From NCBI GenBank assembly GCA_964537525.1, contig CAZIAB010000002.1, positions 1 through 48,805 of the forward strand: a stretch of DNA of 48,805 bases, in the 5' to 3' direction. This DNA is from an uncultured archaeon. Lineage in GTDB: Archaea; Aenigmatarchaeota; Aenigmatarchaeia; QMZP01. The notes under the pieces are model-generated. The model did not search any database. It was given only the letters and a program-made list of their open reading frames with translations, and had not been told where the DNA came from. Numbering within the stretch: the first letter of the stretch is position 1; every line of letters starts with the position of its first letter. This document shows, piece after piece, positions 16,963-24,870 of this stretch. The translations under genes and the position numbers were made by a program.

Positions 16963-17067
16963 CTTTATCCCAAAAAGCTCAACCAAAAAAAAGCGTTCGC
17001 GGAAAAGATTAAAACACTCACCTTTCATATCGTTTTCTCTCCACAGCCTCGTTTTCTGTTCCTGACA

Positions 17068-17107
17068 CTTTGCGTTAACTTTGCGTTAACTCTACATTTT
17101 GCGTTCT
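17068..17107 (+). repeat. Iteron-like short direct repeats (ctttgcgttaa x2 in tandem, plus a third tttgcgtt)
   Basis: 17068-17078 and 17079-17089 are identical, with tttgcgtt again at 17097-17104. gttaactct occurs at 17085 and 17185; ctcacttt at 17192 and 17211. Confidence 0.7.
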
Positions 17108-17240
17108 CTAAATGTCGTTTTTCCGTACACGCTTTTGCTTTCAAACCCAGGATTGTTTATGTTGCTCCTTGGCATGAAAAGGGTGTTAACTCTCACTTTG
17201 GCCTCAAACCCTCACTTTTTACAAAAACCAAACCACACTT

Positions 17241-17405
17241 CATAATATATTATACAGAATATATCATATAATATATATCACAGATATACCTTATCAAAAG
17301 ATATATTATCTAAAATATATTAATCAATACATCCATGAAAATCTATATCACGACACATGATGTTAGAACAATTAACATTTATATAACATAATGCTCATAA
17401 ATATA
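17241..17405. repeat. AT-rich block (left) built from RATATATTA/ATATATCA-like units
   Basis: cataatatattatacagaatatatcatataatatatatcacagatata...; lies directly upstream of the wHTH gene. Confidence 0.7.
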
Positions 17406-17417
17406 CAGTGAGTTTTC

Positions 17418-17789
17418 ATGATAGGTGATGTCCAGGATAATAAAAACAGCATACTGGAAGAGCTTTTTCTGCGAGAGAAACCCGCCAAGATACTCCTGGG
17501 CATGAAGATATCGAAGGGCGATTCGGTATACGCCACCCTCCTATCGAAGTCGGCTGACTGCACCTATTCCCATACAATAAAGATACTCAACGCCTTCAAC
17601 AGGCTCGGCATAGTCAGCTTCGAGAAGACGGGCAGGATAAAGAAGGTAAGCCTCACGAACGACGGCTGGGACATCGCGCACAACCTAGAGGCAATGATAA
17701 AGAAGTTTGAGCAGATAGAGACAGAGGTAACCGAACAGAAGCCCGAGAAGAAGACAGAGGCCAAGACCGCAAAGAAATCCAAGAAGTGA
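17418..17789 (+). CDS. Winged-helix DNA-binding protein with Lys-rich C-terminal tail (islet regulator candidate)
   Basis: 123 aa; HTH-like YATLLSKSADCTYSHTIKILNAFNRLGIVSFEKTGRIKKVSLT; tail KPEKKTEAKTAKKSKK. Confidence 0.55.
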   Translation: MIGDVQDNKNSILEELFLREKPAKILLGMKISKGDSVYATLLSKSADCTYSHTIKILNAFNRLGIVSFEKTGRIKKVSLTNDGWDIAHNLEAMIKKFEQIETEVTEQKPEKKTEAKTAKKSKK

Positions 17790-17940
17790 GAATTGTTTTC
17801 CGCACAAACGGACATGTTCTTGAGATACAATTTTCCTGGTAAAAATCACCCCCGGACCCTACCCTAAACGCCCCCAAACCACCCTAAAAAGAGGGATTTT
17901 CATAAGGGAATGCCTTGCATGATGCCGTTTTGAGGCCGAA

Positions 17941-17988
17941 TGTCCGGAAATGTGTCTTTCCGGACATATTTATTAGGCAATCCGGACA
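17941..17988. promoter_or_regulatory. Perfect 10-bp-arm palindrome tgtccggaaa-N6-tttccggaca plus a third half-site tccggaca, overlapping a TATA-like box
   Basis: 17941-17950 and 17957-17966 are exact reverse complements. Half-site at 17981-17988; atatttatta at 17966-17975 lies upstream of ATG 17999. Confidence 0.6.
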
Positions 17989-17998
17989 TTATATATTT

Positions 17999-18196
17999 AT
18001 GGTTGATGTAGAACACTCCCTCGCTTTGGTAGGAGTCTTTGGAGTAATTATTCTGATAATATCCGCGTTCCTGATTACCTCGGGAGGCCTCATAATAGAT
18101 AATCCAGACGAGTTTATTATCAATCTAATCGTTACCGTTATTGCTGTTTCCGGGGTAATAATGTTTGCTCAATATAAGCATTGGTGGAGATTCTAG
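17999..18196 (+). CDS. Small two-TM membrane protein (65 aa)
   Basis: Hydrophobic segments LALVGVFGVIILIISAFLI and INLIVTVIAVSGVIMFA. ATG 17999 preferred over the ORF-track start at 17915. Confidence 0.4.
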   Translation: MVDVEHSLALVGVFGVIILIISAFLITSGGLIIDNPDEFIINLIVTVIAVSGVIMFAQYKHWWRF

Positions 18197-18789
18197 TGGC
18201 CGCGAGGAAGCTTCCCAGGTTCCTGACGCCGAACGAGGTATCAGAGATGTTCAGGGTCGCTCAGGGCAACCCAAGGGACGCTATGCTGCTCAAGTGCATG
18301 TACTATTTGGGTCTCAGGAACTCAGAGATTAGGACCCTCCAGGCAGAGGATATCGATACCATCAACAATACTGTGAAGGTCGTGCAGGGAAAGGGCAAGA
18401 AGGACCGCTATGTTCCTATTCCCGGGGGCTTCTCCAGCGAATTAAAAGCCTTCCTGAAGGACAGAAAGGGATTCGTCTTCTCAGGCAGGGGGAGCGAGGG
18501 GACCCTCTCTGACCGCCATATCCGCAGGATAGTGAAATCGCATGCAAGGGTTGCTAATGTCAGGAAATGGGAGGAGATCCATCCCCATACCCTGCGGCAC
18601 AGCTATGCCACGCATCTCCAGAACAACGGCGTCCCACTGAACGTGATACAGAGCATGCTCGGCCACGAGAGGATTGAGACCACCACAATCTACACCCATC
18701 TAGGGATAGACAAGGCCAGGGAATTCATCGACCGGGCCTTCATAAAACCGCTACCAAGGGCACCAAAAGACGACTTCGAGGAGGAATGA
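18196..18789 (+). CDS. Tyrosine recombinase/integrase, catalytic domain only (about 197 aa)
   Basis: R (GLRNSEI), K (VQGKGKKDRYV), H-x-x-R (HTLRHSYA), H (LGHERIETT), Y (IYTHL). There is no N-terminal core-binding domain. Start is GTG 18196 (overlapping the preceding TAG) or TTG 18181. Confidence 0.8.
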   Translation: MAARKLPRFLTPNEVSEMFRVAQGNPRDAMLLKCMYYLGLRNSEIRTLQAEDIDTINNTVKVVQGKGKKDRYVPIPGGFSSELKAFLKDRKGFVFSGRGSEGTLSDRHIRRIVKSHARVANVRKWEEIHPHTLRHSYATHLQNNGVPLNVIQSMLGHERIETTTIYTHLGIDKAREFIDRAFIKPLPRAPKDDFEEE

Positions 18790-18933
18790 TCTTGAACATC
18801 GCTATGTTCAAGAGATGTGCCAAACCAGAGGCAATCGAACCCATTTTAACTGTGGCACACAGATGTCCGTTTTTGCGCGGATTTAAGCCTCACTCTCACC
18901 TTAATTTATTAGCAATCCTGACCAATTATCATC

Positions 18934-19134
18934 ATGGAATCAGAGCTCATCCGGAAATACATGAAAAGTAAGAAGAAGACTGTGTGGGGAACCTTCTTCC
19001 TGTTAATCATCCTGGCTGCGGAGACGTTCTACCTGAATTGCGTCGACGTATACGTGTTTCCGTTCTGCGAACTCACCTGGCTGTACATAGCCCTGGCGGT
19101 CATAGTGTTGAATATAATAGTTCTATTCAGATAG
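18934..19134 (+). CDS. Small two-TM membrane protein (66 aa)
   Basis: KKKTVWGTFFLLIILAAETFY and LTWLYIALAVIVLNIIVLF; no family recognised. Confidence 0.3.
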   Translation: MESELIRKYMKSKKKTVWGTFFLLIILAAETFYLNCVDVYVFPFCELTWLYIALAVIVLNIIVLFR

Positions 19135-19232
19135 ATATTATAATTAATATATTACATAGAGTATATATTACATAAGATATATAATTAAGATAGTTAAATA
19201 AAATATATATTATAATATACATATTAGAATAA
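19135..19232. repeat. AT-rich block (right) with repeated atatattaca / agatatata units
   Basis: atattataattaatatattacatagagtatatattacataagatatataatt...; followed by aaaaagtgag (19248-19257), which mirrors ctcacttttt at 17211-17220. Confidence 0.7.
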
Positions 19233-19334
19233 TCCGGAATTTTACACAAAAAGTGAGACTTAAAATTTGACCCCTGCCAAATTCACCCCCTCCTCAAGGG
19301 TGAGTGAAAACTCTTTTAATGCTACCGGTTTCGC

Positions 19335-19356
19335 CAGGTACCTTTGACGAGTATTA
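19335..19356 (+). repeat. Right direct repeat (caggtacctttgacgagtatta)
   Basis: 20/22 identical to 16941-16962; ends 44 nt from the GNAT stop codon. Confidence 0.75.
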
Positions 19357-19400
19357 ATTGGCGGCAAAAGCATTTGCGGAAAGGACAGGTAAAGTGAGAA

Positions 19401-19889
19401 TTAGATTGGCTTCCTCATATCTATGAGGTAGTCCTGAAACCCCCATTTGCGATATATCTCATGGGCATGTGAATTTGCAGAAAAAACCTGGAGTGAAAGA
19501 TGTTTTATTCCCTTCTTCCTGAAGAATTTTATGGCATCGTCCCTGAAGAGTGAGCTTATACCCTTTCCTCTGAAACCCTTCTTAATGAAGATGTCAGAGA
19601 TGCAGCCAATCCTCTCTATGCTGAATACGGGATGACCCTTGTTTATCCGGAAAATCCCGTAGCCTGCCAGTTTCCCCCCAGATTCGGCGACAAGAACGAG
19701 CCCATTACCAGAACGGATGTTATTCTTAAGGATTCCTATAAAGATATCCTGTGCGTTCTTCCTCTTCTTCATGTAGGGTTTCAGTTTGGGATTATTGTTC
19801 AGAACAACCCTGTCATGCTCTCTGATGAACTCCTTCCAGAGGTCAACGATTCCCGGGACGTCCTTAAGCCTGGCCTTCCTTATTTTCAT
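19401..19889 (-). CDS. GNAT-family N-acetyltransferase
   Basis: 162 aa; acetyl-CoA motif A FRGKGISSLF; typical GNAT length. Confidence 0.75.
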   Translation of the reverse strand: MKIRKARLKDVPGIVDLWKEFIREHDRVVLNNNPKLKPYMKKRKNAQDIFIGILKNNIRSGNGLVLVAESGGKLAGYGIFRINKGHPVFSIERIGCISDIFIKKGFRGKGISSLFRDDAIKFFRKKGIKHLSLQVFSANSHAHEIYRKWGFQDYLIDMRKPI

Positions 19890-19946
19890 GCTTGTAACTT
19901 GTTTTGCCGTAATAAATAAAAGTGATGGGCATCATCTATAATACAT

Positions 19947-21074
19947 ATGTATGGGCACCGGCACATTCTCCATTTCCTCAGGAACAGGGAGCTCAACGAG
20001 CTCTACGTAAGCATAGCGGCCAGGTATCTGGCCCTCTCAATGATAGGGGTTTTCGTTCCCATATACCTCCTTGACCTGGGGTATTCCCTGCCATCGGTAA
20101 TGATTTTCTACGCAATTCTTTACGGCACGCATGCCGTTTTTACGATACCCGCGGGAAAGATTGCCTGCAGGTTCGGGTTCAAGCATTCCATCCTCTTCAG
20201 CCTCCCCCTGCTGGTTTCGTTCTACGTCCTGCTCTATGCGCTCCATCACTACCAGTTCCCGATATACGCCATAGCCGTGATATATGGAATCAATATGGCT
20301 CTCTTCTGGATGGGATACCATTCTGACTTCTCCAAGTGCAGCAGCAGGGAATGCAGGGGTAAGCAGGTAGGGACCGCCCAGGCAGCGGCCACCGCATTCA
20401 ACGTGATAGGTCCGGTTACTGGTGGAATAATCCTCACCTTCGTGGGGTTCGACATCCTCTTCATCATCGTGTCGGTCATGCTGCTCGCGTCCGCAATCCC
20501 GCTTTTCCTCTCGAAGGACATTCATGAGCCAGTGAAATTCTCTATAAGGGGCGTATTCAGAGACAACAGGATAAGGGACGTCCCCGCATACTTCGGGAAG
20601 GGTATAGAGCACGCGACCGGGATAATAATATGGCCGATATTCATCTTCTTCTTCGTGCTCAACAGTTACACATCCCTGGGGTTCGTATTTTCCCTTTCCA
20701 TATTCTTCTCGCTGGTGTTTGCCTTCGTGGTGGGGAAGTTCTCTGACATAAACAGGAGGCTCGTCCTGAGGCTGGGCAGCCTCTTTAACGCGCTGGTCTG
20801 GGTGTTCAGGGCGTTTGCGAGGACGCCCCTGCTCGTGTACATAGCCGACTCCCTTTACGGCATGTCCCAGACCACGATAATAGTCTCATTCAACGCCCTC
20901 AACTATGACAAGGCAAAGGACGGGCAGAACAACATAATAAGGACGATAATGTTCAGGGAGATGACGATAGGAGCATCGGCATCAATTCTCTTCATCGCGC
21001 TTTTCTTCTTCTCTGACTACTTCATTAACTTCCTCTTCGCAGGCGGCGCCTCCCTCCTCATTATGCTGTTTTAA
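19947..21074 (+). CDS. MFS-type transporter
   Basis: 375 aa; about 11-12 TM helices arranged in two halves. No specific subfamily recognised. Confidence 0.55.
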   Translation: MYGHRHILHFLRNRELNELYVSIAARYLALSMIGVFVPIYLLDLGYSLPSVMIFYAILYGTHAVFTIPAGKIACRFGFKHSILFSLPLLVSFYVLLYALHHYQFPIYAIAVIYGINMALFWMGYHSDFSKCSSRECRGKQVGTAQAAATAFNVIGPVTGGIILTFVGFDILFIIVSVMLLASAIPLFLSKDIHEPVKFSIRGVFRDNRIRDVPAYFGKGIEHATGIIIWPIFIFFFVLNSYTSLGFVFSLSIFFSLVFAFVVGKFSDINRRLVLRLGSLFNALVWVFRAFARTPLLVYIADSLYGMSQTTIIVSFNALNYDKAKDGQNNIIRTIMFREMTIGASASILFIALFFFSDYFINFLFAGGASLLIMLF

Positions 21075-21108
21075 GGAAGGCGAACAATAATAATCAGGGA
21101 GAAAGAGC

Positions 21109-22287
21109 ATGGCAAAAAAGGACAGGACTGACCCCATCTGCGGGATGGAGGGCCACATCAAGGCCCACGGCCATTATTTCTGCAGCGTCGGTTGCATCAG
21201 GAAGTACGAGAAGAGGGAGAAGATGAAGAAGGACCTCTATTGCCCGGAATGCTCTGCCGAGGCACACCACCACAAGAAGAAGTGGTATAAGGAGAGGCTT
21301 TACCAGGTCCTTATTGTCCTGGGAATCCTCTTCGCGATGAACCAGCTGCTGCTGGTTTACGGGATTACCGCCCTCCAGGGATTCTGGCTGGCGTTCTATG
21401 ATTACCTGGCCCTGATATGGTGGGCAATCATCCTCGGCTTCCTGATAGGCGGGGTAATCGACTACCTCGTCCCGAGCGAATACATCTCCAAGTTCCTCTC
21501 CAGGAGGGAGCGGAAAACGATTGGCTGGGCAGTCATACTCGGGTTCCTTATGTCCGCATGCTCGCACGGAATCCTGGCGATATCGATGGAGCTCTACAGG
21601 AAAGGGGCATCGGTCCCTGCGGTGATAGCGTTCCTGCTGGCAAGCCCCTGGGCAAACCTTCCGATAACAATCCTCCTCTTTGGCCTCTTCGGTTTCAATG
21701 CCATATTCATCATAATATCCGCGATAGTGATAGCGGTAATAACGGGCTTCGTTTATCAGCTACTTGACAGGAAGGGATGGATTGAGAGGAGCAAGCACAC
21801 CAGGCACGTCTCAGAGAGCTTCTCCGTAAGGAAGGACATGGCGGAAAGACTAAACACCTACAGGAAGAACCCCTCACCAGGGAGGGTCCTAAAGGGGATA
21901 ACCCTCGGTTCCTGGTCCCTGACAAAGATGGTTATGTGGTGGATACTCATAGGTGTCATGGCCGCTGGCGTTGCCAGGTCCTTCATAAGCCACGAGATGT
22001 TCATGACGTACATGGGGCCGACCCTCCTTGGCCTGTTCGTGACCCTCGCGGTCGCGACGGTGATAGAGGTCTGCTCTGAAGGTTCTTCGCCAATCTCCTT
22101 CGAGATATACAGGCAGACAGGTGCCTTTGGCAACGCCTTTGTTTTTCTCAATGCCGGAGTCGCGACCGACTACACGGAAATCGGCCTTATAGGCTCCAAC
22201 ATAGGGAAGAGGGCCGCGCTGTGGCTTCCCGTGATAACGGTCCCCCAGATACTGGTCCTTGGGTATTTGTTCAATATGTTCCTTTAG
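21109..22287 (+). CDS. YHS/TRASH-like metal-binding domain fused to an ArsP/DUF318-type (PF03773-like) permease
   Basis: N-terminus DPICGM...HGHYFCSVGC (YHS signature), then His/Cys-rich CPECSAEAHHH. The membrane domain has two CS-x-G motifs (MSACSHG, VCSEGSSP). Confidence 0.65.
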   Translation: MAKKDRTDPICGMEGHIKAHGHYFCSVGCIRKYEKREKMKKDLYCPECSAEAHHHKKKWYKERLYQVLIVLGILFAMNQLLLVYGITALQGFWLAFYDYLALIWWAIILGFLIGGVIDYLVPSEYISKFLSRRERKTIGWAVILGFLMSACSHGILAISMELYRKGASVPAVIAFLLASPWANLPITILLFGLFGFNAIFIIISAIVIAVITGFVYQLLDRKGWIERSKHTRHVSESFSVRKDMAERLNTYRKNPSPGRVLKGITLGSWSLTKMVMWWILIGVMAAGVARSFISHEMFMTYMGPTLLGLFVTLAVATVIEVCSEGSSPISFEIYRQTGAFGNAFVFLNAGVATDYTEIGLIGSNIGKRAALWLPVITVPQILVLGYLFNMFL

Positions 22288-23273
22288 AATAAACTGCCCT
22301 TTTCAGCTACGATGATAAGCCAGTTGGTGAGGTCTTCTGTGCACATCTCCAGAACACCCTCGTGCGGGATTACGCCACCCCACTTGCAGAAGTCATTTTC
22401 CCCGCTGGGCTCTGTCAGCATGTTTCCATCGATGTCAATGGCCTGCGCTCCCACGAAGTACTCGTTCGCGCAGTATCCACCTATCACGACCATCGGGTCA
22501 TCGGGTGGATGGATTTCCATCTGCTCCCTCGGGAACGGGACGTAATGGGTGCCTCCCTCTACGGATTCGAATGCAGGAATCCTTATAACAGGGCCGAAAC
22601 TGCTCAGGTCACCGCCACCCACAAACACATCAAAAAGAGAATCAATGTCGGGTTTGGGTGAGTCAGGGAAGTAGTTCGAATAGAATTTCGGTGCTGCAAG
22701 GGTACATTTCTGCGGCGTCAGTTCGCACAAACATGTCGCTGTCTTGCACGTATATCCCTCCGGGCAGTCCGCAGAGCAGGTCTGCTTTGCCGGATCAAAC
22801 AGTTCGGTTATCGTTGATCCCAGGAATCCGGAAAATGGGTTCGTCGTTGCATCTGTGTATTCATAGCATGATATCTTCTTCTTGTCGTCGCATGCGCATG
22901 ATGCTGCGTCGCAGAACGTGCCCTGGGGGCAGTCGTCCTGGCACATGAAAGTCGCGGGATTGTAGGGGTTCGTTCCCGTTGCCTTTAGCGTTGCGGCGTT
23001 CATGCTGCATGACAGCTTTGGCAGATTCTGTTCTGTCTTGTTCTGGCACTGAACCCCCCCGCTGTCCTGAACGCACAGCTGATTGAGTTCACAGTCAGCC
23101 GTATTGGTTAAACAGGCACCGTTAACGCATGTGGGGGTCGAGATAGCGGTCATGCTATCAGTGCATATCGTTTCTCCGCAGTCCGCATCCTCTGTGCATT
23201 GGCTGCTGGGGTTGCCAGTGCAGCCTGAAACAACAATAACGCAAAGCAAAAAAGCCAGAGCAATCGACTTCAT
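22284..23273 (-). CDS. Secreted Cys-rich lipoprotein, function unknown
   Basis: Signal peptide with VVSGC lipobox. Internal repeat C-x2-DCP-x-G-x2-C-x3-(S/T)-C-x-C occurs twice (MCQDDCPQGTFCDAASCAC, TCSADCPEGYTCKTATCLC). Confidence 0.6.
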   Translation of the reverse strand: MKSIALAFLLCVIVVSGCTGNPSSQCTEDADCGETICTDSMTAISTPTCVNGACLTNTADCELNQLCVQDSGGVQCQNKTEQNLPKLSCSMNAATLKATGTNPYNPATFMCQDDCPQGTFCDAASCACDDKKKISCYEYTDATTNPFSGFLGSTITELFDPAKQTCSADCPEGYTCKTATCLCELTPQKCTLAAPKFYSNYFPDSPKPDIDSLFDVFVGGGDLSSFGPVIRIPAFESVEGGTHYVPFPREQMEIHPPDDPMVVIGGYCANEYFVGAQAIDIDGNMLTEPSGENDFCKWGGVIPHEGVLEMCTEDLTNWLIIVAEKGSLF

Positions 23274-23399
23274 GCTTAATTTTTGTTCTTGGTCATTTAT
23301 ATTAGTCCTTGCTTGGCTTTGACTATGATAATCCCTAGGACGCGGTTCCCAAGCAGATAAAGCCTTAGGATGACAGCCATGCCATAGAACCAGCCTTTC

Positions 23400-23786
23400 T
23401 CAATAAAAGCTCATCAGGATTAGCCACGCACCCAAAAGCATCAAGAAAATTGTACTAATCGCTTGTTTCTTTTTGAATCTTTGTGCCTGTTCGTGTATCT
23501 GTTCCGGGAATCCGACTTTCATGATTCCCTTGATTAAGGTAAACCATCCCAGTAGCGTGATAACAACCCTCCAGTCAGCAACCCAGATGTTGTGCAGGAT
23601 TACGGTAACCAGCCCCATGAGCAGGGTGATGTAACCCGTGGAGATGACGAAGGCCTTGTCATCGGTCATCTCTATCGTCTTGCCCAGTTGCCTTGTTATG
23701 ATGAAGAGCAATCCGAAAATAAGGAAGAAGCCGCCCAGGAATCTCGCGAAAAAGATTGAAACTTCCATCACGGCAATCACACCCAT
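23400..23786 (-). CDS. Membrane protein (4 TM), unknown function
   Basis: 128 aa, hydrophobic throughout. Confidence 0.5.
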   Translation of the reverse strand: MGVIAVMEVSIFFARFLGGFFLIFGLLFIITRQLGKTIEMTDDKAFVISTGYITLLMGLVTVILHNIWVADWRVVITLLGWFTLIKGIMKVGFPEQIHEQAQRFKKKQAISTIFLMLLGAWLILMSFY

Positions 23787-23874
23787 TTAATAATTGTCGC
23801 TGTTAATATAAAAAGCGTACTCGCTCGAAACATTCGGCTACATTTTCTTGAAAATTCTCCATGGCAAAGCTCCC

Positions 23875-24225
23875 TCACGATGACAGCCTGGTCGCGACCA
23901 CGTCGGTTATTATCCCGTACACAATCCCTGCTGCTATGAATATTGCCGTGCCACCGTAGAAGGAGATGGAGATGCTCGCTATCAATCCCATTATCCCTCC
24001 CCTGAGGGCGGCGTTCGCCGTCTTTCCCTTGAGCATGACCAGTCCTCCGCTGAAGCCGACGAGGAAACCTATCATCAGCCTCGCGTAGAAGACGGTCAGA
24101 AGGTATTCCGTTGTCATAACAAAGCCGGGAATCTCCACCGTAGAGGTTCCCCAGGCGCACATTACGCCGAAGAATGCGGCAAGGATGAGCGCGATTGCCA
24201 TCCTCTTAAGGTTAAGACCTTCCAT
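23875..24225 (-). CDS. Membrane protein (4 TM), unknown function
   Basis: 116 aa, Gly/Ile-rich TM segments. Preferred over the overlapping Arg-rich ORF 23777..24160. Confidence 0.5.
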   Translation of the reverse strand: MEGLNLKRMAIALILAAFFGVMCAWGTSTVEIPGFVMTTEYLLTVFYARLMIGFLVGFSGGLVMLKGKTANAALRGGIMGLIASISISFYGGTAIFIAAGIVYGIITDVVATRLSS

Positions 24226-24285
24226 GATTATATTCAGGGCAAATCCTTAAAAAGAAGACCTCTTATTAATAGTGGGGGTGTTTTG

Positions 24286-24861
24286 ATGGAGACCGTGAAC
24301 AACCTGGCAAAGGCCTTCATAGGTGAGAGCCAGGCAAGGAACAGGTACGCTTTCTATTCCAAGATAGCCAAGAACGAGGGCCTTGAGCAGCTTTCTGAGA
24401 TATTCCTCGCCACGGCCGAGAACGAGAAGGAGCACGCCAAGTGGCTCCTCAGAATGATTAACGACCTGAGGAAGAAGGAGGCGAAGAGCGCCATAAAGGT
24501 CAGCGCAGAGGTCCCGGAAACCCTTTCGACCACGCTGGATAACCTGAAGGCAGCGATAGCAGGGGAGCATTACGAATGCTCGAAGATGTACCCGGAATTC
24601 GCTGACGCTGCCGAGAAGGAGGGGTTCCCTGAGATTGCATCCAGGCTGAGGGCAATCGCCAGGGCAGAAAAGCATCATGAGGACAGGTACAGGATGGTAC
24701 TCAAAGAGCTCACCGGAGGGACAACTTTCAGGAAACCGAAACGGGCCAGATGGGTATGCAGGAAGTGCGGCTACGTGCATGATGGAAAGGAGCCGCCTGA
24801 GAAGTGCCCGTCGTGCAGCCACCCGAAGAGCTACTTTGAGGTGTTGTGTGAAGAATACTGA
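24286..24861 (+). CDS. rbr: Rubrerythrin
   Basis: Diiron ferritin-like domain (ESQARNRY...ENEKEHAKW...GEHYE...AEKHHEDRY) plus C-terminal rubredoxin CRKCGY...CPSC. GGGGGTG SD upstream of ATG 24286. Confidence 0.9.
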   Translation: METVNNLAKAFIGESQARNRYAFYSKIAKNEGLEQLSEIFLATAENEKEHAKWLLRMINDLRKKEAKSAIKVSAEVPETLSTTLDNLKAAIAGEHYECSKMYPEFADAAEKEGFPEIASRLRAIARAEKHHEDRYRMVLKELTGGTTFRKPKRARWVCRKCGYVHDGKEPPEKCPSCSHPKSYFEVLCEEY

Positions 24862-24870
24862 GGTGATTAG

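Larger units (their letters stand above)
16941..19356. mobile_element. About 2.4-kb integrase islet bounded by imperfect direct repeats (putative attL/attR), inserted between the convergent DUF373 and GNAT genes
   Basis: 22-nt direct repeats (20/22 identical) at both ends with extended similarity. Contents are a wHTH gene, small TM genes, a catalytic-domain-only tyrosine recombinase, iteron-like repeats and two AT-rich blocks. Confidence 0.6.

Noticed and set aside
18786-18971. 61-aa ORF overlapping the integrase stop (ATGA)
   Set aside because: No recognisable motif or TM segment, and it overlaps the more plausible TM ORF 18934..19134 by 38 nt. Possibly real, but unsupported.
17241-19232. 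AT-rich blocks as the chromosomal replication origin (oriC)
   Set aside because: There is no Orc1/Cdc6 gene adjacent, and the only AAA+/wHTH gene is 14 kb away and ExeA-like. The blocks lie inside a segment bounded by direct repeats together with an integrase. A mobile-element origin or recombination site is more parsimonious, and the region cannot be called oriC from sequence alone.
23307-23364. Imperfect inverted repeat (tgcttgg ... ccaagca) and ccctagga/ccttagga direct repeat in the 23274-23399 gap
   Set aside because: Only a 7-bp stem with a ~30-nt loop, no second copy elsewhere in the window, and within chance expectation.
23777-24160. 127-aa Arg-rich ORF overlapping the 23875..24225 membrane gene
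   Set aside because: Out-of-frame overlap on the same strand. The composition (Arg/Gly/Asp runs) is typical of an off-frame translation, while the alternative frame gives four clean TM helices.
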